A DNA stretch of 64,000 bases from an uncultured Bacteroidales bacterium (lineage in GTDB: Bacteria; Bacteroidota; Bacteroidia; Bacteroidales; FEN-979), in NCBI GenBank assembly GCA_903845055.1, contig CAIMWF010000044.1, forward strand, positions 27,419 through 91,418, given 5' to 3'. Below the pieces are notes generated by a model. That model was not told the origin of the DNA and did no database searches. It saw only the letters and a list, made by a program, of their open reading frames with translations. A program made the translations under genes and the position numbers. Positions within the stretch are counted from its first letter, which is position 1, and each line of letters begins with the position of its first letter. This document shows, piece after piece, positions 43,001 through 49,065 of the stretch.

Positions 43001-43241
43001 GAAACCGGCCTGGACCTTCCCCCGACAGGAGATCACCAAACAACCTGCCAATCACCTCTTTCTCATCAAACCCCGTGATGGCTTGCCAGCATGGATTCAC
43101 AAGGAGCAGCCTCCCTTGGCCATCAAGCCGCTGGTAACCAACGGGGGCATGGTGCAGCAACCCGAGGAGGCAGTCACGTTCAGATGGTGGAGCGACACTG
43201 GATTTTCGGAGAATATCCGTTTCTTCGATGTGTGGGTTCAT
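40032..43241 (-). CDS. Hybrid sensor histidine kinase / response regulator (multi-PAS, GAF, HisKA, HATPase_c, REC)
   Basis: 1069 aa. H-box [26 protein letters not shown], G-boxes DTGIGIP and [10 protein letters not shown], receiver [11 protein letters not shown]...[14 protein letters not shown]...YISKP. Confidence 0.93.
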   Translation of the reverse strand: [1069 protein letters not shown]

Positions 43242-43266
43242 TTGTATGATGAATTGCTTATGATGC

Positions 43267-43932
43267 TTACAAATAGCGTCTTACCCTCAAACGGTAATCC
43301 TCCCATTGCGCTCCGAACCTCTCTTTCAGGAAATTCTCCTCGCTTTTTATGATCTGGTGATGGATATAGATGCTGAAAATGGTAAACGAGAAATTGATCA
43401 GGTCGGGGAAATACAGGACAGATCCGATGGTGATCAGGTACACCCCGGTATAAAGCGGGTTGCGGCTGAAGCTGTATATGCCCCTGGTCTTCAGGGTTGT
43501 CGCGGTATCAGGCAGCCCCACCTTCAGCGATTTTCCAAGCCCGATGATCGCCAACGCTGTCATGAAGGCGCCGACCCACAGGAGCCCTGTTGCAATCCAG
43601 CAAAGAATCGGGGGGACGGGAATGTAACCGAGTTTCGGAAGCAGGGCCTTGACTAAAAAAAGTCCCCAGGAGATTGCCATGGTCACTTTGCCTGTATAAA
43701 AATAATATTTGTCTATCGTGGGTTTTCCAAGCAGTTCGACGCCGTTATTCCTGAGCCCCGCGACCTGCACGATCAGCACCATCCCCAGTATGCTGAAAGC
43801 CGCCAGAACGAAATAACTGTGATGTGGCATCTTTTTTTTCGTAAATGTATATAAATTTCCGGTTTTACGTAAGTTTTCACCCGTAAATTTTTCAAGCAGA
43901 TATTGCCTACCTTTGTCTGATACTTCATCCAT
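43267..43932 (-). CDS. Membrane methyltransferase family protein (isoprenylcysteine carboxyl / phospholipid methyltransferase-like)
   Basis: Polytopic membrane protein. C-terminal LKTRGIYSFSRNPLYTGVYLITIG...EENFLKERFGAQWEDY is typical of the ICMT/PEMT family. The true start may be the internal Met at 43830. Confidence 0.7.
   Translation of the reverse strand: MDEVSDKGRQYLLEKFTGENLRKTGNLYTFTKKKMPHHSYFVLAAFSILGMVLIVQVAGLRNNGVELLGKPTIDKYYFYTGKVTMAISWGLFLVKALLPKLGYIPVPPILCWIATGLLWVGAFMTALAIIGLGKSLKVGLPDTATTLKTRGIYSFSRNPLYTGVYLITIGSVLYFPDLINFSFTIFSIYIHHQIIKSEENFLKERFGAQWEDYRLRVRRYL
43908..43915 (+). promoter_or_regulatory. -7 box TACCTTTG upstream of the ABC-F gene
   Basis: Matches TAnnTTTG, 19 nt upstream of the ATG at 43935. 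Confidence 0.45.
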
Positions 43933-43934
43933 AC

Positions 43935-45812
43935 ATGTCTACCGTCCTTCAAGTTGAGAATCTTGCCCGCTCTTATGGTGAAAAAAACCTGTTCGAAAAC
44001 ATCTCTTTTATTATCAGCGAATCGCAGAAGGTTGCGCTGATCGCCCGCAACGGTGCCGGGAAAACAAGCCTGCTGAACATCATTGCCGGGCTTGAACCCT
44101 GCGATGCCGGCAACGTGAACATTTTCAACAAAGGATCGTTCGAATACCTGAAACAGGACCCGGCCATGTCGCCGGAAAATACGGTATTTGAAGAGGTTTA
44201 TTCTCATTCAAACGAGATTCAGCGTGCCATCCTTACCTATGAGCATGTCATTAAAAGCAGCGACAGGGAAGCCATCGAGCACGCCATCGCACAGATGGAC
44301 GCCATCGAGGGCTGGGAATATGAAACACGGGTCAGGCAAATTCTTACCCAACTCAGGCTTCCCGACCTCGACCAGAAGATCAGCGAGCTTTCGGGGGGGC
44401 AGCGCAAGCGGGTGGCCCTGGCCAAGGTGCTCATCACCGAGCCCACCTTCCTGATCCTTGACGAACCGACGAACCACCTCGATGTGGAGATGATCGAATG
44501 GCTGGAGGAGTACCTGTCGAAAAGCAGCATCACGCTGCTGATGGTGACACACGATCGCTATTTTCTCGACCTGGTTTGCAACGAAGTGCTGGAGATGGAA
44601 CATGCAGCCATATACCGTTACAAGGGTAATTACAGCTATTTCCTGGAAAAACAGGCTGAACGCATCGACAACCAGAACAAAGAGACGGAACGTGCCCAGA
44701 ATTTAATGCGCACCGAGCAGGAATGGATGCGGCGCATGCCGAAAGCCCGCACCACCAAGGCAAAGGCGCGCATCGACAGCTTTTATGAGCTGCAGGAAAA
44801 GGCCTCCAATAAAGTTTACGAAGAACGGATGAACCTGAACATCGAAGGAGTAAGGATGGGTAACAAGATCCTTGAAATCAACGATGTATCGTTCAATTGG
44901 GGCGAACGGGTCATCCTGAAGGGATTCACCTATACCTTCAAACGCGGTGAAAAGGTGGGGATCGTCGGGAAGAACGGCTCCGGGAAATCGACCTTCCTCG
45001 ACATCATTACCGCCAGGCTCCGTCCGCAGAAGGGCCATATCGCGAAGGGTGAAACCATCCAGTACGGTTATTACAAGCAGCAGGGACTCATCTTCGACGA
45101 AGAAACCAAGGTGATCGACGTGGTAAAGGAAATTGCCGAAGTCGTCAGGATCGGTAACGGGGATAACATATCGGCGGCTGCCTTCCTCAACTATTTCATG
45201 TTTCCTTATCCTACGCATTTTCAACCGGTTTATAAGCTGAGCGGGGGTGAAAAACGACGGCTGTACCTCGTCACGGTGCTTATGAGGAGTCCCAACTTCC
45301 TGATCCTCGACGAACCCACCAACGACCTTGACATTCTTACACTCAACGTTCTTGAAGACTACCTGGCCACCTTCAACGGCTGCGTGGTGGTGGTCACCCA
45401 CGACCGCTATTTCCTCGATAAAATCGTGGATCACCTGTTCGTCTTTGAAGGCGACGGCGCCATCAGGGATTTCCCCGGGAACTACACCCAGTACAAACTC
45501 TGGAGCGATGAGCGGAAACGCGGGGAAATGATGAAGAAACGGCTTGCCGTCCGAAAGCCCGAACCTCTCCGGGTTTCTGCAGTCGCCCCGGGTAAGCTTT
45601 CATTCAGGGAGAAAAGGGAGCTCGAAACCCTCGAACAGGAGATCACAGCTCTTGAAGCGGAAAAAAACACGATCGAAACCGGACTGCAATCGGGGAGCCT
45701 GTCGGCCGCGGAATTGAAACAGCAGTCGGAGCGTTGGGCTGCGCTGATTCCCGAAATTGAACAAAAAACCGGGCGTTGGATGGCGTTGAGCGAAAGGGAG
45801 GAAACATTATGA
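43935..45812 (+). CDS. ABC-F family ATPase (two ABC cassettes, C-terminal coiled coil; Uup-like)
   Basis: 625 aa. Two Walker A motifs (ARNGAGKTS, GKNGSGKST), two signatures (LSGGQRKR, LSGGEKRR), no TM domain. Confidence 0.92.
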   Translation: MSTVLQVENLARSYGEKNLFENISFIISESQKVALIARNGAGKTSLLNIIAGLEPCDAGNVNIFNKGSFEYLKQDPAMSPENTVFEEVYSHSNEIQRAILTYEHVIKSSDREAIEHAIAQMDAIEGWEYETRVRQILTQLRLPDLDQKISELSGGQRKRVALAKVLITEPTFLILDEPTNHLDVEMIEWLEEYLSKSSITLLMVTHDRYFLDLVCNEVLEMEHAAIYRYKGNYSYFLEKQAERIDNQNKETERAQNLMRTEQEWMRRMPKARTTKAKARIDSFYELQEKASNKVYEERMNLNIEGVRMGNKILEINDVSFNWGERVILKGFTYTFKRGEKVGIVGKNGSGKSTFLDIITARLRPQKGHIAKGETIQYGYYKQQGLIFDEETKVIDVVKEIAEVVRIGNGDNISAAAFLNYFMFPYPTHFQPVYKLSGGEKRRLYLVTVLMRSPNFLILDEPTNDLDILTLNVLEDYLATFNGCVVVVTHDRYFLDKIVDHLFVFEGDGAIRDFPGNYTQYKLWSDERKRGEMMKKRLAVRKPEPLRVSAVAPGKLSFREKRELETLEQEITALEAEKNTIETGLQSGSLSAAELKQQSERWAALIPEIEQKTGRWMALSEREETL

Positions 45813-45973
45813 AAAACTTGCCGAACCTGCTTATTGTCGATGATACCGGGGAAAACCTCTATTTTCCCGAAAGCATCCTCCGGAAAGTGGAAGTCAGCAT
45901 CATCCGGGCGCTGTCGGGGAAGGAGGCGCTGGAGATTACACGGGGACAGGGATACCGGTTCCCCTGGGAGTAA
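45809..45973 (+). pseudogene. Truncated response-regulator receiver fragment (54 codons), start overlapping the ABC-F stop (ATGA)
   Basis: MKNLPNLLIVDDTGENLYFPESILRKVEVSIIRALSGKEALEI matches the receiver beta1-alpha1-beta2-alpha2. It then diverges (TRGQGYRFPWE*) before the phospho-accepting Asp. Confidence 0.55.
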
Positions 45974-46175
45974 AAAAAAATATCAAAACCCTGTCATTTT
46001 CGCCCCCGGTTTCGCTATATTTGTATTCCTGATTGCATTGAAATACGACAACCATGTCATTTTTTCAACATCTTGCCTGGGGGGTGTTTCCTATCCTCTC
46101 ACCCCGCGGATTTCCGCTGTCCAAAGCCGGTTTCCCTCTCCTGACCGGAGCCTTTGGAACCAGACTTCCCTATGT

Positions 46176-46220
46176 CTCCTCTAAGTCTCCCCTAAGACCT
46201 CTCTAAGTCTTCTCTAAGTG
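46176..46220. repeat. Four CTAAG-containing units with exact 11-bp phasing
   Basis: CTAAG at 46181, 46192, 46203 and 46214 (ctcctCTAAGtctcccCTAAGacctctCTAAGtcttctCTAAGtg). Confidence 0.8.
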
Positions 46221-46753
46221 TCGTTTCATATTGGTACATGTTTTTGTCGTGCATTCATGGTGCTTTATTCGTGCATTGTTGCAACTGCCATGCATCATTC
46301 AAATGCCTGCATGGTTGTTCATACGGGGCGACAGCCTATGCTCAAACCGGGACAGACCCTGATTTTTTTGCGGGGGTGGATGAACCGGAATAAATTCAAC
46401 ATGGTTATCCCATTTATTGCTGAAATTTAAGCCATTATTGCATTCTGTGTTTTTTTGCTTAAATTTGTATAGGAGTTCGGCTAAAAATCCCACTTTCAGG
46501 CTCATTCATCGTCCTTCATCATCGTTGCAGAATTGAATCACCGGTATTTCTCTCATGGTAAACCGCCGGTTTAATTGAATGAAAGGAAGACAGCGGGCGT
46601 GCGTCCCCCGGGGGTTTGTTCCCCCTGCTGTTTCCGGTGTGCTCGGAGCTTGGGGGCTTATACATGAGATGATTATATAGGTGAATCAAGCGTCAAAAAT
46701 ATTTTAAATTCCGATTTGGCCTTTAGATTTTTAAACTGAATTACAGTGATTTA

Positions 46754-46890
46754 CACGGAAACCCACAGAGAAGACAGAAAGCTACAAAGAGAATAGAAAA
46801 ACAACTTATAGGGTGCCTGCAATTGAATAATTACAGGTATCACAGATCAACCGCTGTGGTCCTTCAGGACTTCTCTGTAGGTCTCTGTGT
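46754..46890. repeat. Imperfect palindromic element with a purine-rich CACAGAG-type left arm and a pyrimidine-rich right arm; no ORF inside
   Basis: Left ccACAGAGAAGacagaaag (46763-46781) pairs with right CTTCTCTGTag (46871-46880). Inner hairpin CCTGCAATT..AATTACAGG (46816-46836). Confidence 0.65.
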
Positions 46891-47011
46891 AATAAACATT
46901 GACTGGCAATGGCCAACCCTTGATGCGCATTATATGCGAAGGTTCACGCCCTTTGATTTTCATCGGCAGGCCGGGTATGAAGCAGTTGATACGGTTTAAA
47001 AGCAAGCGATT

Positions 47012-49036
47012 ATGTTTGATAACGATGAAAATGAAGGAACCGGGGAACTGCGCCGGAAAGCTGAAGATCTGGTAAAATCCGCCTCTGTTTCGGGTGCCTT
47101 TTCAATGCCCGACCTTTCAGAAACCGACATATTGAAACTCATTCACGAACTCCAGGTGCACCAGGTCGAACTGGAAATGCAGAATGAAGAGCTCCGTCAT
47201 GCCTGGGCAGTAGGACAAATTGCGGTTGACAAGTATACCCAGTTGTACGAATTTGCACCAACAGGATATTTTTCATTGTCAAGGGAGGGCAAAATTACCG
47301 ACATCAACTTTTCCGCGTCCCAGATGCTGGGGAAAGAGCGTTTGCGTTTAAAAAACAGCTCCTTTATTTTTTTTGTTTCGAATGATACGAAACCGGTATT
47401 CAGACATTTTTTTGAGAACGTATTTGCCGGTAAAACCAGGGAAATGTGCGAGCTGGCCCTTGCAACAGGTGGAAATTCCCCTTTCTATGTTCAGCTTACC
47501 GGCAGGCTTACCGAAAATGAAGATCAATGCCTGGTTGCCATGATCGATGTCACCGAACGGTTAAGGCTTGAAAAGGAGGTTAAAGAGCGTGAAGAAAAAT
47601 ACCGCATCATCGTTACTACCTGCCGGGATGCCCTGTTTCTTATTGACCCGGAATCCGGTGCAATCCTGGATGCAAATGATGCCGCCTGTAAACTCTATGG
47701 TTTCTCCACGGAGGAATTGAAAGAATTGAAAAACACCGATTTATCCTTTGAACCGGCCGCGACAAGATTTGCGACGATCAACCTGAAGGAGAGAATCGAA
47801 CTTCGATATCACAAAAAAAAGAATGGGCGGGTCTTCCCGGTGGATATTTCCTCAAACCTTTTAATGATGGACGGGAGGGAGGTCATCCTTGCCGCGATTC
47901 GCGACATAACCGATCGCCAGGCAGATGAAGATGCCCTGAAAGAAAGTGAGGGACGATTCAAGTCTTTGTTTGAACGGCACAGCGCGATCATGCTGCTCAT
48001 CGATCCCGGATCAGGTCAGATCATCCATGCAAACCATGCCGCGGCACTGTTTTATGGATACAGTATTTCCGAATTGTGTTCCATGACCATCGACCAGATA
48101 AACGGGTTGTCAGCCGGGGAGGTAAAATCAGAGTTGCTAAACGCGGCCGGTCAAAACCGCAACTTCTTCGTTTTTTCACACTTTTTAGCCAGCGGGGAGG
48201 AACGTATTGTTGAAGTGCATTCATCCCCGATCGATTATTTGCAGAAACGGGTGCTTTTTTCAATAATATTTGACATTACCGAACGCAAACAGGCTGAGAC
48301 ATTGATAACCCTTAAAAATGCAGAACTGCTGAAACTCAGCGCCGAAAAAGACAAATTCTTCTCCATCATCGCCCACGACCTGCGCAGCCCTTTCAATGCA
48401 TTCCTTGGCTTGTCAAAGATGATGATCGAAGAGTTTGATACCATATCATCCGATCAGCTTCGCAATATCGCCATGAGCATCCAGAAGTCGGCAACCAACC
48501 TTTACAGCCTTCTGGAAAACCTGCTGGACTGGTCGCGCATCCGGAGGGGGGCAATCCCATTTGAACCTGCATTATTGTCGCTGCTGCCAATGATCGAAGA
48601 AGCTTTAAAACCGGTCGGGGAATTGGCCTTCAGAAAGGAGATAGAGATCGGGTATGAAATTGCCGCCGATTGTAAGGTTTTTGCCGACCGGTTTATGCTG
48701 GGTACGATCCTGCGCAACCTGGTTGCCAATGCCGTGAAATTTTCTTACAGGGGCGGAAAAATATCCATTGTTGCAAAACCTGCGGGCGGCCACCTGGTTG
48801 AAATATCCATCAGGGACAAAGGAATTGGCATGGATGGAAAAATGGTTGAAAATCTGTTTCACCTCGATAATCATGCAAACAGGAAGGGCACGGAGGGAGA
48901 GTCCTCTACAGGACTGGGCCTCGTCATCTGCAGGGAGTTCGTTGAAAAAAACGGAGGAACCCTGCGGGCGGAGAGCAAGGAGGGCAATGGCTCCGTATTT
49001 TATTTTTCATTGCCGGCAGACAGCGGGGAGGAGTGA
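47012..49036 (+). CDS. PAS-domain sensor histidine kinase (coiled coil, 3 PAS, HisKA, HATPase_c)
   Basis: 674 aa. N-terminal HELQVHQVELEMQNEEL, PAS ends D(V/I)TER, H-box FFSIIAHDLRSPFNA, G-box STGLGLVICREF. Confidence 0.92.
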   Translation: MFDNDENEGTGELRRKAEDLVKSASVSGAFSMPDLSETDILKLIHELQVHQVELEMQNEELRHAWAVGQIAVDKYTQLYEFAPTGYFSLSREGKITDINFSASQMLGKERLRLKNSSFIFFVSNDTKPVFRHFFENVFAGKTREMCELALATGGNSPFYVQLTGRLTENEDQCLVAMIDVTERLRLEKEVKEREEKYRIIVTTCRDALFLIDPESGAILDANDAACKLYGFSTEELKELKNTDLSFEPAATRFATINLKERIELRYHKKKNGRVFPVDISSNLLMMDGREVILAAIRDITDRQADEDALKESEGRFKSLFERHSAIMLLIDPGSGQIIHANHAAALFYGYSISELCSMTIDQINGLSAGEVKSELLNAAGQNRNFFVFSHFLASGEERIVEVHSSPIDYLQKRVLFSIIFDITERKQAETLITLKNAELLKLSAEKDKFFSIIAHDLRSPFNAFLGLSKMMIEEFDTISSDQLRNIAMSIQKSATNLYSLLENLLDWSRIRRGAIPFEPALLSLLPMIEEALKPVGELAFRKEIEIGYEIAADCKVFADRFMLGTILRNLVANAVKFSYRGGKISIVAKPAGGHLVEISIRDKGIGMDGKMVENLFHLDNHANRKGTEGESSTGLGLVICREFVEKNGGTLRAESKEGNGSVFYFSLPADSGEE

Positions 49037-49051
49037 CGAGTGACGAATGAC
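49031..49051 (+). repeat. Heptamer array GAGTGAC GAGTGAC GAATGAC (unit CGAGTGA)
   Basis: Read directly. Overlaps the stop codon of the 47012 kinase. The inverted partner is at 56074-56100. Confidence 0.85.
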
Positions 49052-49065
49052 CTTAGAACGGACCC

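Noticed and set aside
45834-46184. 116-aa + strand ORF spanning the receiver stub in another frame
   Set aside because: The translation (RGRRRWRLHGDRDTGSPGSKKKYQNP...) has no domain signature and overlaps the better-supported receiver-like frame. It is probably fortuitous.
46218-46505. Small ORFs 46218-46430 (+) and 46299-46505 (-) in the orphan region
   Set aside because: Each is 70 aa or shorter. I saw no start context and no recognisable motif, and the two ORFs overlap each other. There is not enough evidence to call coding sequence.
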